A stretch of 63,480 nucleotides of DNA, the filler included, from Octopus bimaculoides (Eukaryota), in the NCBI RefSeq assembly GCF_001194135.2. It is 5 parts of 5 records of this genome, joined end to end, with 100 filler letters (N's around TTAATTAATTAA, not from the genome) between each part and the next. Parts side by side here need not be neighbours in the genome. Positions count along the whole stretch, not along the records: positions 32,010 to 44,516 come from NC_068988.1; positions 44,617 to 58,178 come from NC_068985.1; 3 more parts are not named here. One strand, given 5' to 3'. Each line of letters starts with the position of its first letter. Position 1 is the first letter of the stretch. Shown here piece after piece: positions 35,591 through 48,080 of the stretch. The notes under the pieces were generated by a model. It did no database searches. It worked only from the letters and a program-made list of their open reading frames with translations, and was not told where the DNA came from. A program made the translations under genes and the position numbers.

Positions 35591-37333
35591 AAAGAAATAG
35601 TAATAAATAGCTAGTTATATATGCTTTACTGAATTTAGTCGGACATATCACAATTCTCAGTGTCGACTTCTGATTTTCGGCTCTCCTCTGTCAATCAGTA
35701 ACTGTAATGCATTAAGGTCGAGTCTATTACACTGTGCACCATCCTTTAAAAATAGTTGCGTTTTGTCAAAAGAACTCGGGATTTCAATAAAGGAATCAGT
35801 TAGCTTTTAATAAACGAATCAGCTAGGTTAATTAGCAAAAGATTCTTTCTGTATGGTGTTCCAAACGAATACTATTCTGGGATATTATGTAAGTCAGAAA
35901 TACGTTTCCTCATTGATCAAAGTCCTTTATAATACAAGTTGCAGGTAAACGTACCAAGAAAAACAGTTGCTTATATAAAGTTACCTATTTTTTTTTCTTT
36001 TGTGTTTACAGTTGAATGATTATTGGTGGATCTGAGAGTAGCAATTTTATTGACCATTTTCCCCAAGTATTATTCCATCTATTTATAAAACTATAAATCT
36101 AATTATACATCAATTTATTTATATCCTTTTCTATATTCTCTCTATACATACCCGAGTTAACTCCACATGTTCACATAATAGAATATACTTGCTAGATATA
36201 GTAACAACGTGATTACTCTAAAGTATCATTTCTAAGAGAATCAAACAGATTAAATAGAACCAATTCCATTCTCACTTTTCTGGCTTGCAGACATTGCTTA
36301 ATTCTTCCCCTGGTATTTTCTTCCCTCGAATGAACGAAAGGTAGGCGTTATTTGTGAGAATCTTTGCCGAATTGCATCCAACAGAGGAGAGAAGCGAGAG
36401 ATTCTAAAGAAAAGAAATATTCTCAACAGACGAATAATTCTTGGCTGATCTTTCCCATTACAAGCCGAAATTAATGTTTTCGTTGGCAGAGAAGTTCGCC
36501 ATTCTGCCAATGATAACCCGCTGTACAGTAGACTGTCGGAAAATAAAATAATAAAAAAAATAATAAAATAATACAAGGATTGATTCTATTTTGGTTTATT
36601 GATTTTCTTCATCCAGTTTCAGCTTCTCAAAGCGATGACATCATATCCGTACAATCCACATAGCAGTTCTCCTTTGCTCTTCACTCAAACAACTGCTTTA
36701 CTTTGTCTCTCTCTTCCTTTCTCTTTCTTTTTATTCTTTATTTATTTTTTAAAATACAAAAGCCGACTCGGGAGCTTAGAGGGCCTCGAAGATGAACCTT
36801 CAGTTTAACAAACTAAACAAGAAGCAACTGTTGGATTTTGCAGTGTTTAGCTATCATTGGTTTTTAATACAGACTGAATTATGTATTTATTACTCTTTAT
36901 TAGTTTACTTTTTTTTTACTTGTTTCATTCATTGGATTGAGGTCATGCTTGAGCATCGCCCTGTAGAATTAGTCGAACAAATCGACCACAGTGCTTATCT
37001 TAAAATCAGGTTCATATTCTTGCATTCTCTGTTGATGAACAGCTAGGTTATAGGGACGTGAAACAAACCTACTAGTGATGGGGTACCAACACAAAGTCTG
37101 ATTCGCGCATACACTTTCTCTCTCACACACACAAGCACTAACACACACACAGCATTGGTTGGCTCGAGACTATAATAAAAGATTTCGCACAGTGGGACTG
37201 AACCCGAAACTATGTGGTTCTGAAGCGAATTGTTTAACACAACCACGTCTATTATTTATCAATGATTATTATTATTATTATCAATAATAAATCTCTGAGT
37301 GAGATGTAAACAGTAGCAGCACGACATCGTGAA

Positions 37334-37511
37334 GTATATTTGCCACCTAAACGTGGCTGGCACATATGGGACGATGCTTCTGTAGTTTATAGCCCCAGGA
37401 AGACATCTCATCCAGCTGGCTAACGGCACCTGGAGGAGATGTCTTCATGGGGCTATAAACTACAGTAGCATCGTCCCATATGGGTCAGCCACATTTAGGT
37501 GACAAATATAC
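37334..37511. mobile_element. Hairpin MITE, ~178 bp, TA-flanked
   Basis: Arms of about 76 bp (GTATATTTGCCACCTAAA...AGACATCTC and GAGATGTCT...TTTAGGTGACAAATATAC) around a short loop. Confidence 0.9.
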
Positions 37512-38107
37512 CTCTATTATTATTATGTTTTTTGTTTTATTTAAATCAAATTAATAAGAAGAAAGGGAACCGCCTATGACCTTTAAAAGACCTCGGGAAA
37601 TGGTGGTGAGTGTGGGAAAAGGAGACTCAAAGGTTGGTGTCGTAAATTGTTGTACATCAAATATCACGTTATTCTCAGACCTGGTCTGAATACTTGCAAC
37701 AGAGTGGGTNNNNNNNNNNNNNNNNNNNNNNNNNNNNNNNNNNNNNNNNNNNNNNNNNNNNNNNNNNNNNNNNNNNNNNNNNNNNNNNNNNNNNNNNNNN
37801 NNNNNNNNNNNNNNNNNNNNNNNNNNNNNNNNNNNNNNNNNNNNNNNNNNNNNNNNNNNNNNNNNNNNNNNNNNNNNNNNNNNNNNNNNNNNNNNNNNNN
37901 NNNNNNNNNNNNNNNNNNNNNNNNNNNNNNNNNNNNNNNNNNNNNNNNNNNNNNNNNNNNNNNNNNNNNNNNNNNNNNNNNNNNNNNNNNNNNNNNNNNN
38001 NNNNNNNNNNNNNNNNNNNNNNNNNNNNNNNNNNNNNNNNNNNNNNNNNNNNNNNNNNNNNNNNNNNNNNNNNNNNNNNNNNNNNNNNNNNNNNNNNNNN
38101 NNNNNNN

Positions 38108-38460
38108 GTGCTTAATTTATCGACTCCGAAAGGATGAAAGGCAAAGTCGACCTCGGCGGAATTTGAACTCAGAACGTAACGGCAGACGAAATACCGCTAA
38201 GCATTTCGTCCGGCGTGCTAACGTTTCATATTTCTTTATTGCCCACAAGGGGCTAAACATAGAGCGGACAAACAAGGACAGACAAAGGGATTAAGTCGAT
38301 TACATTGAACTCAGTACGTAACTGGTGCTTAATTTATCGACTCCGAAAGGATGAAAGGCAAAGTCGACCTCGGCGGAATTTGATCTCAGAATGTAACGGC
38401 AGACGAAATACCGCGAAGCATTTCGCTCGGCGTGCTAACCACTCTGCCAGCTCGCCGCCG
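38108..38460 (-). mobile_element. Family-3 SINE dimer
   Basis: Two tandem monomers joined at ...CGTGCTAACG|TTTCATATTTCTTTATTGCCC... Confidence 0.85.
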
Positions 38461-40664
38461 TGACTAGACTGCGTATTAAATTAGTTAGTCATGGACACAC
38501 TGCCGCCTGCAGGACTTTCTCAAAGACACAACAACGAAAAATTATCTTGAATGTTTTTTCGTTGTGCGGTCCGCTTGGTGGTCAGCCATGACTCATGCCG
38601 CTTGCTTCTCGAAAAAGGCTGTCCACGCCTGTATTGAATCAACCGACCGTAAAATGGACGACGACTATTGAAACAGGAAAGGAGACATGAAAGAGACTGG
38701 GAGATATGAAGTTCATACTTTATTAGGGAACATTTGTGGGATAAATGAATTAAGAGAGTTTAACTTGACATCGAAACCGGATTCTAAAACAGCATTTGTA
38801 CTAAACGGCATTTATATGCCTTTATGAACAATAATTTCTTTTCTTTTTCTTTTTCGTGTAGTGAGGTTATGACATTCATGCATTTTCCAAGAGTGCAAGC
38901 CATGCAAGTCAGACAAATCCAAATGGGTATTGATAGCGTGGTCCTTACACACACACACACACACACCATACGCTTGCGCGCACACACACAACACACACAC
39001 ACATACAATTTTCGTTTTCCAAATACACCCACAAGGCTTTGGTCAGTCCGGGCTATAGGAGAAAATACCCACCCAAAATACGACGTAGGGGAACTGACCA
39101 GAAGTGGTTGCGAAGCAAAAATCATTATCACACAGCCATACCTGCTTCCAAAGAGGTTGGATTTGACTGTTATTTCTAGCCGGCTCAACGACTATATTGA
39201 AGTCTGTCAAGTGTTCCAATCTGGGGTATTGTGTTAATGTCAGAAAGCAATATTAGTTACAGCTTTAAGACTATTAGCTGGCAGAACTGTTAGCATGCCC
39301 GGCAAACTACTTAGCGGCATTTCTTCCAACTTTATGTGGTGAGTTCAAATTCCGCAGAGGTCGACTTTGCTTTTTATCCTTCTGGGGTTGATAACATTAG
39401 TACCAGTTGAACATTGGGGTCGATGTAAACGACTTACCCACTTCCTCGAAATTGCTGGCCTTGTACCAAAATTTGTCAGAGCTGTTTACGTTTGGAATTC
39501 AAATTTCTTAGAGATGTCGCATTTGTTATTTAAAGCTTCCAAGATTAAAGAAGCTTATTTAACAATAACATTCTGATCGATCATATTGCATTATAAACCC
39601 TCTCTTGACAAATATGCAGCTTTGTACCTAGTCTAAGTATTACACCTGGGTATGAAGATTTAAGTATTATGATTTATGTGACGAAGACGAAGGGGGGAAA
39701 AAAAGGTTTCTATCTCATTATGAAAATAAGAGAGAAACCTCTACGTGTTTTCAATTTGCTGATAAAAGCAATCAATTTCCCCTCAAACACAGAAGGTTAG
39801 GACGGGGTGATCGCGATTGGAACACTCTGGTCATAGGTTCATTCAATCAGAGTTGACTGGGATTGCGTTTTGAATATCAACAACAGTAACAATAACTGGC
39901 TGGATATTGATTTTTGCCATTTCACTGTCGTTATATACAGCAGGAAGGTAGAGTTTGCTTCGCAACAGCATCGATCCGGGTATGATTCTAGTGCGGGGTA
40001 CCTTAGACAAGTGTCTTCACTCATAGCCTCGGGTTGAACAATACCTTGTGAGTAGAATACAGTAAACGCCGATCATACACACACACACACACACACACAT
40101 ACATAACATACATACATACATACATACATACATACATACAAACTTTCCAAAAATTTAGCACATAAATACATATGCATGCATCTAGACATAAAAACGCATC
40201 CATAAAACAAACATACAAATCTGCGCATACACTAACACCAAATACTGCACACGCACACATATGCACAAATACCTAGATGATGTTGATCAAAGTTCCAATG
40301 AAGGAGCCTTGGATCTATGTTAGAGTCCGGCTCTTTCTCTATTGACAAGAAATACAGAAATGAAACTGATTGATAACATACATAATATACATACATACAC
40401 ACATACATAACACACATACATAACATACATACATAACATACACACATACATAACATACATACATACATACATACATACATACATACATACATACATACAC
40501 TGTTGGTGTTAAAATTCCAATGAAGGAGCCTTGTATCTAAGTTAGAAACCAACTCTTTCTCTATTGGCAAGAAATCTTGAAATAAACTGAATAATGACCT
40601 ACCTACTCACCTACCTACCTACCTACATACCTACCTACCTACATACATACATACATATGCCCAC

Positions 40665-40948
40665 GGGCATATGGCGTAGTGGTTAAGAGCGCGGCTACAA
40701 ACCCCAAGATTCCGAGTTCGATTCCAAGCAGTGACATGAACACTAACAATAATAATAATAATAATATCGAAAAATACCTTAGGAATGAGAATCCAGGTTC
40801 AAAATTTCCCCAAGCCACCTGAAGAAGGTTGGAAGGTATATCAGCCGAAACATTGTGTTAACAACAAACAAGATAAGGACAAATATCCGTCGAATGTAAA
40901 TATTGTAAATAATGTACATACTGCTTCATCTCTTAAATATAGAACTGT
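40665..40948 (+). mobile_element. Family-5 tRNA-headed SINE-like element with a 3' hammerhead motif
   Basis: A-box TGGCGTAGTGG at 40672-40682, B-box GAGTTCGATTCC at 40714-40725, an (AAT)n spacer, then the hammerhead-bearing tail. Confidence 0.75.
40816..40859 (+). ncRNA. Minimal type-I hammerhead motif (helix III altered, probably inactive in this copy)
   Basis: CAC | CTGAAGA | A | GGTTG-GAAGGTATAT-CAGCC | GAA | ACAT | T | GTG. The core is intact. ACAT is one CpG-type transition away from the palindrome ACGT. Confidence 0.65.
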
Positions 40949-40959
40949 ACATACATATG

Positions 40960-41300
40960 TATCAATAACTTGCATGAAGTATCGATAAGTTCATGAACAA
41001 GAGATCACCAAGTACATGAAGCAGAAAAAGAAAACAGTGACAGACAACAACAAATGTAGGCTGTGCAAAATTAAAACTGAAGACATCAACTACATTATTA
41101 TCAACCGCGAGATAATATCTTTTAGATATTATCTTCCCATGGGGTGTGATGTAGTGCCAGATCAATCTGGAACAGAATTAGAAGAAAACACATAGAACTG
41201 ACAAAACTGACTATACTGAGATTAAGGGGTCAAAAATATATATGTGGAACTTAAAAATTAAGATAGCCATCAAGTCAAAACACAACTAGACAGTAGAAAG
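40960..41300 (+). mobile_element. R4/Dong-like LINE fragment (post-RT zinc-finger region)
   Basis: VHEQEITKYM...NNKCRLCKIKTEDINYII...RYYLPMGCDVV...WNLKIKIAIKSKHN. Confidence 0.6.
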
Positions 41301-41728
41301 ATAAATTTTTTCAACACGTTAATAATGAATAGTATATATAAAGGATAAAATCCTTTTAAGAGTAGAAAAATTTGCCGGTAACCAGCCATGAGGATCGAAC
41401 TTACACCCCTCCGATATCCAGTTGAAGTGCTCTATATACTGTTCAGTATTTACATGTTGAAAAAAATTTATCTTTCTACTTGTTTTACAATACATTTCAA
41501 TGCTTCAAAAACAAACTTATGTTTCGTTACATAAGACAAACGAGATAGATATTTTCGTGGGAGCACGGGAGAAAAAATATGCACTGTCATGGAAATCAGC
41601 GGCCTTCTAGATACCAACATAGTCAGAAAAATAGAGGAAAAAGAAAACGTCTGTGGGTCATTGATAAGAAGTTTGCAGATCCAGTACTCAAGATACGCTT
41701 TCAGTTTCGTACCTGTTAATATTGGAGT

Positions 41729-42114
41729 GTGGAGGCGCAATGGCCCAGTGGTTAGGGCAGCGGACTAGCGGTCATAGGATCGCGGTTTCGATTCCCAGAC
41801 CGGGCGTTGTGAGTGTTTATTGAGCGAAAACACCTAAAAGCTCCACGAGGCTCCGGCAGGGGATGGTGGCGAACCCTGCTGTACTCTTCCACCACAACTT
41901 TCTCTCACTCTTGTTTCTGTTGTGCTTGTAATTCAAAAGGTCAGCCTTGTCACACTCTGTGTCACGCTGAATATCCCCGAGAACTACGTTGAGGGTACAC
42001 GTGTCTGTGGAGTGCTCAGCCACTTGCACGTTAATTTCACGAGCAGGCTGTTCCGTTGATCGGATCAACTGGAACCCTCGACGTCGTAGGTTCCAGGCGA
42101 TCCGATCAACGGAA
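41729..42114 (+). mobile_element. Family-2 SINE with a folded-back 3' end
   Basis: A full head and body; 42089-42114 is an inverted copy of 42051-42076. Confidence 0.85.
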
Positions 42115-42289
42115 AGACGGAGCCAGGAATGCAATGATCCGAAACTAAATACCGCAAGCATTTTGTTCGACGCTTTAAGAATTTTGCCGAATCCATAATA
42201 CCACATCAGGAGTGGCCAGGGGCTAAACAACAACAACAACAACAGCAGCAGCAACAAATTTTAACAAAGGTGAAACTTGGATATTTTTT

Positions 42290-42723
42290 TACTTTTTATT
42301 TTGCTTGTTTCAATCATTTCACTGTTACCATGCTGAGGCACCACCTTGACGGGTTTTAGTCGAACCTAGTACTTATTCTATCGGTCTCTTAAGCCAGACC
42401 GCAAAGTTACTGAGACATAAACACACAAACATTGGTTGTCAAGCGGTAGTGGGGGACAAACACAGACACAAAGACACATATATAAATATTTGCATATGCA
42501 TACATATACATACATATATATACTCTTTTACTCTTTTACTTGTTTCAGTCATTTGAAAGCACCGCCTTTAGTCGAGCAAATCGACCCCAGGACTTATTCT
42601 TTGTAAGCCTAGTATTTATTCTATCCGTCCCTTTGGCCGAACCGCTAAGTTACGGGGACGTAAACACACCAGCATCGGTTGTCAAGCGATGTTGGGGGGG
42701 GGGGACAAACACAGACACACAAG

Positions 42724-42755
<32 letters not shown>

Positions 42756-42920
42756 CATATATACGACGGCCTTCTTTCAGTTTCCGTCTACCAAATCCAC
42801 TCACAAGGCTTTGGTCGACCTGAGGCTATAGTAGAAGACACTTGCTCAAGGTGCAATGCTGTGGGACTGAACCCGGAACTATGCAGTTGGGAAGCAAGCT
42901 TCTTACTACACAGCCATATA
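42290..42920 (-). mobile_element. Tandem family-1 SINEs (a 3' half plus a full copy)
   Basis: Matches the element at 1-300, including the internal microsatellite. Confidence 0.85.
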
Positions 42921-43151
42921 TGTGTTAGTGTGTGTGTGTGTGTTTGTGTCTGTGTGTGTGTGTCTGTGTGTGTATCTGTTTATACATGCGAGTGTCTATG
43001 CATATGATTGTATGTGCGTATGTACACGTGTACATATATGTATTTATATAAGTGTGCATTGATGTTTATGTTTGCATGCATGCGTGTGTATGTGCGTCTG
43101 TATGTGTGTGCGTGTACAAGCATGCCTATGCGTACATGTGATTGTATGTAC

Positions 43152-43189
<38 letters not shown>

Positions 43190-44460
43190 GTGTGTGTGTG
43201 TGTATGCTCCCGGACATCAACTAAATAGAATTCTTAAGCAAACCAAGACATATCGACCATACCTCAAGTTGTACCACGGCACATATAGCCTTAACCATCA
43301 TACAATTCTAAGACACTACTACTCACCCCCACCCTTGTTCTCAACTTTCTCTCATCCCCCACTGTATAGAGAGCCCTGTTTCTACCGCAGCTCATACCTT
43401 CTTCCAGCTGCCGTTATTCATCCTCGTCCCGCCATCGCCTCAATCAGCTGCAAGCCGGCTATACCTCATACATATATTCCTGTATTTGCCAATGCCGTTA
43501 CAACTTTTGGTCCCTGTCACATTTCCTCTTCTGTCTTTCTCACAGAAACTCATCTAAACACACACACACATACATTCACTTCAATTCCTCCTCTCCCCTT
43601 CTGCGCCTCCTCTTCCTGCTCCTCCGCCAACTTAGCTCTCGAGAAAACCAGGAGGCAAAGTCGGGGAATCGGAAAGAGGTGAAGCATTATTATTGATTTA
43701 AAAAGAAAAACTTTCCACTGACTACAGCCATCACTGCCGCTACCGCCTTCTCCAGCGCCACCACTACCTCTAGCACTAGTAACATCATCGCTGCCGCCGC
43801 CGCTCGCCTCTCTCCGTTCACTGTACACCGCCGCCGTCTTCATCACTTCTACCGTCAACCTCCATCGTCACTCGCTGCTGCGATGTGATTGGCTGAATTG
43901 TACAACGAGAACGCTGAAAGATTGGAGGAATTTCTAGCGTTCTTTGTTGTGTTTCCAATGTCTTCTAATTCAATCAACCACGTGTCTTACTTCCACCCCA
44001 ATCCTGCCAGACATTTTCATTATCATCACTATATACCGAACATGGGTTCAAAATACCGAAAGATGGAGAAGATCAGCTTTCTATGTTCAACCAGCCAACC
44101 AGCCAACCACCCTCTCTCACTTATATACTTGCATGACTAAATCTCCACATAAAAACTGCATTAGATTATAAGTTGTGCAGCAATAGCAGCAGCAGTAGAT
44201 CTACAGTAATACACTTGCAACAAAATCGAGGTGCACTGATATATTGCAGTTTCTATATCTGCAGCTCCATTCAAGTGTACCGATATAGCCAACTAGCATC
44301 GTATTTCTTCTCCAACTTCGATGTCTATTTCTAAGTTATGCTTATTTCTAAGTATGTATAAATATATCAAGCTTGATGTTGGCTAATATACCATATATGT
44401 ATTCGATCATATACATAAGTTTGTGTTTGTGTGTGTGTATAACATACATACATACATACA

Positions 44461-44516
<56 letters not shown>

Positions 44517-45200
44517 NNNNNNNNNNNNNNNNNNNNNNNNNNNNNNNNNNNNNNNNNNNNTTAATTAATTAANNNNNNNNNNNNNNNNNNNNNNNNNNNN
44601 NNNNNNNNNNNNNNNNGAAACTAGGAAGAAATTAACCCCTTCTGATATATAAATAGTGACACAAGCAAGATCTACATTGATTTCAAAGGGCCAGCAATTT
44701 TGGGAGAGAGGTTAAGTCGATTAAATCAACCATAGTGTTCAACTGGTACTTATGTTATCGACTCCGAAAGGATGAAAGGCGAAGTTGACCCCAGAGGAAT
44801 TTGAACTCAGAACGTAAAGACGGACAAAATGCTGCTAATAATTCTACCAGGGCCGGAAGCAGAAGCAGTAGCGAGAACGAAAGGCGAGCTGTTCCCGCTG
44901 CCGCCACGTACGGCCGCTTCCCCGGCGCGCGCCCTTTCCTGCGACTCCCGACTCCCCGCCGCTGCAGCAGCAGCCGAAGGCTTACTCACAGGATCTATGT
45001 TAGATGAAGAGAGAGGGGCATAGACATATGCATAGTTCATTAGTTCAAATAGCCTTTGAGTGCCACCTCATAACACTCCGGCAACACCAGCTGAGCACCA
45101 AAGTGGAGAAATGAGTGTGTCTGTCATTCAAACTGAAACACGATTAATGATAAAAGCATATCTGAACATATACATCTATGTTCATATTTACATAAATACA

Positions 45201-45582
45201 GTGGAGGCGCAGTGGCCTAGTGATGAGGGCAGCGGACTCGCAGTCATAGAATCGCGGTTTCGATTCTCAGACCGGGCGTTGTGAGTGTTTATTGAGCGAA
45301 AACACCAAAAGTTCCACGAGGCTCCAGCAGCGGGGTGGGTGACAAACCTTGTTGTACTCTTTCTCCACGACTTTCTCTCACTCTTACTTCCTGTTTCTGT
45401 TGTGCCTGTAATTCAAAGGGGCCAGCCTTGTCACACTGTGTCACGTTGAATATCTCCGAGAACTATGTTAAGGGTACACGTGTCTGTGGAGTGTTCAGTC
45501 ACTTGCACGTTAATTTCACGAGCAGGCTGTTCCATTGATCGGATCAACTGGAACCCTCGACGTCGTACCCGACGGAGTGCCA
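45201..45582 (+). mobile_element. Family-2 SINE
   Basis: Collinear with 33879-34258. Confidence 0.9.
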
Positions 45583-46323
45583 CATAAATACATCTATAAA
45601 AAAAACCTGTAAGAACTTCATAAGATTTAAAGGATGATGGTTAAACAATGTCTATAGATGAAAATACATACATACAGATATGTATATACATAATAGTATG
45701 ATGTCATAGTCTAGTTTCTCTGTTTATTTTTGCACACAACGCCATAAGTATATTTGCAGAATAATGTCATAAAACATAATAAAAAATGTCAAAGTTTAAA
45801 TCTATTTTTTTTTACATACGATGACACACTAACCGCATTTACAAAATAATATTTTTAGTAAATCATTACGATATTTATCACTCCATTTAAACCCAATTAG
45901 ATATGTCTAATAAACGTAAGTAATCATACTCTACGGCTCTGAAAAGGGCGAAAATAAACGTGCTGTGCGGCGTACTTTGAAGAAGCGTCGAAAATATCAT
46001 ACATCATGAATTTCTATATAGATACTCCACCCGCTATAAGTAGCAGCCAAATCGTGCTTAAGCTACACACTTGTCATCTTGTAAAGGAAAAGACGGAATG
46101 AATAAAGTAGTATTGAACAACCCTAAAAAGACAGGATCGTCATGGCTGAATTGTCTTTGAAGATAGGTCTACTAGAAAGTGGCTGACCTATGGCTAAAGA
46201 TCGACGACGATGATGACAACACTCAGACAAATCAGTATGCCAGCAACCAGTTCAAAATGGCTAAACTGAGCCAATAATAGCGACTTTACATGACTGCGCA
46301 GCTTGCTAGAAATAGTACCCAAA

Positions 46324-47150
46324 GGCGGCGAGCTGGCAGAAACGTTAGAACGCCGGACGAAATGCTTAGCGGTATTTCGTCTGCCGTGACGTTCTGAGTT
46401 CAAATTCCGCCGAGGTCGACTTTGCCTTTCATCCTTTCGGAGTCGATAAAATTAAGTACCAGTTACGCACTGGGGTCAATGTAATTGACTTAATCCCTTT
46501 GTCTGTCCCCTCTATGTTTAACTCTTTGTGGGCAATAGAGAAATAATAAATAGTACCCATTTTTCTTCAAACGTTACCATCTTAGAGAAGGACTCATTGG
46601 CTAATGGAAGCCCTCGTTACTTTATAGAAACACATGTACGAGACAAGCTTCCACAACTTCCATCGTCGACCAAATTCAACTCACGATATTGGTCAACACA
46701 AGGCGAAAGTAGAAGACAGGTGTTATCCTTTCTACAGTAGGCACAAGGCCTGGAATTTGGAGGAGGGGGCTTGTCGATTACATCGACTCCAGTGTTCAAG
46801 TGGTACTTATTTCGTCGACCCCGAAAGGATGAAAGGTGAAGTCGACCTTGGCGGAATTTGAACTCAGAACATGAAGATAGACGAAATACCGCTAAACATT
46901 TCGCCCGGCGTGCTAACGATTCTTATTTCTTTATTGCCCACAAGGGGCTAAACATGAGGGGACAAACAAGGACAGACAAAGGGATTAAGTCGATTACATC
47001 GACACCAGTGCGTAACTGGTACTTAATTTTATCGACCCCGAAAGGATGAAAGCAAAGTCGACCTCGGCGGAATTTGAACTCAGGACGTAACGGCAGACGA
47101 AATACAGCTAAGTATTTCGCCCGACGTGCTAACGTTTCTGCCAGCTCGCA
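46324..47150. mobile_element. Family-3 SINE cluster: a plus monomer (46324-46530) and a minus dimer (46735-47150)
   Basis: Near-consensus copies in opposite orientations about 200 bp apart. Confidence 0.85.
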
Positions 47151-48080
47151 GATACCTTAAATAATACTTGACCAATAATATAAGCACAGAAATAATAGTG
47201 TTGTTGCAAAGTTTGATAAATATTAATTTTGATGTTTTCAAAAGACTTGGTGCCGGAGAAAATATCAGCTACGTTGGTAAAGCATAGAAGCTTACAACGT
47301 CTACCGTAAAAGAACAATAAGTTGACATGAGAAAGAAAATTAAGTGCGCAAGAAGCTGCTCTGTTAACAGCTCGGATCTTATATTTCATAGATCTAACAT
47401 GATGCTTAAAAATTGGAACGGCTCTTGAGTGTATGGAACGAGGATCAGATCCGACATAAAGCGCCGATAAGGACTATAATAATATATTAAAAGGTTATTA
47501 AAGTTTATTTGACGATTTGCAGAAAAATGAAAGTCAAATTTCTAATGAAATTTCCAGCTAGAAAAGACGGTTTAAAAGGTATAAGAAGGGCTTGAATTTG
47601 CTGCATAAAAAATGATGGATGAAGCTACCAATGCTGAAACACTGGTTGTTATTAATTCTGAGCAGCCGGGAGAAAATGTTTGCTGAAGGGAGCTGCACAC
47701 TAGAGCATGCATACAATGTATCAACATTATATTTTGCACTTTTCTAAAAGTTCATGCCAGCTAAAATTCAACACAACAAGAAAAATCAACACAAGGGCTT
47801 CTGCTTTTGTATCACTCCGAAAACCCAAGGCGTACACAAAGCTTTTGCTGTTCAAATAAGAATACATGGATGACCAAGAACCTTTGAGAAGTGTGGTTTA
47901 AAACATGTTTTGTCCTGTTCTAGAAAGGTAGAGTACCAAACATAATATTTCCAACAAAGCATTGCTCGTTTTATACAATGAGTTTTCTGAAATGCGAGAG
48001 TAGAATATATGCCTAAGAATACTTCTTTGTTTCAGCCAATGGATTAAGGTGTGGTAATTAACTTCAATGTATATTAACTG

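Noticed and set aside
44851-44990. rRNA or snRNA fragment as the explanation of the GC island
   Set aside because: There is only a short, weak resemblance to LSU rRNA (GCGGGAACAGCTC) and no extended match that I can recognise.
47400-48010. Possible hAT transposase relic
   Set aside because: Only vague similarity (NISNKALLVL) in heavily broken frames, which is not supportable without an HMM search.
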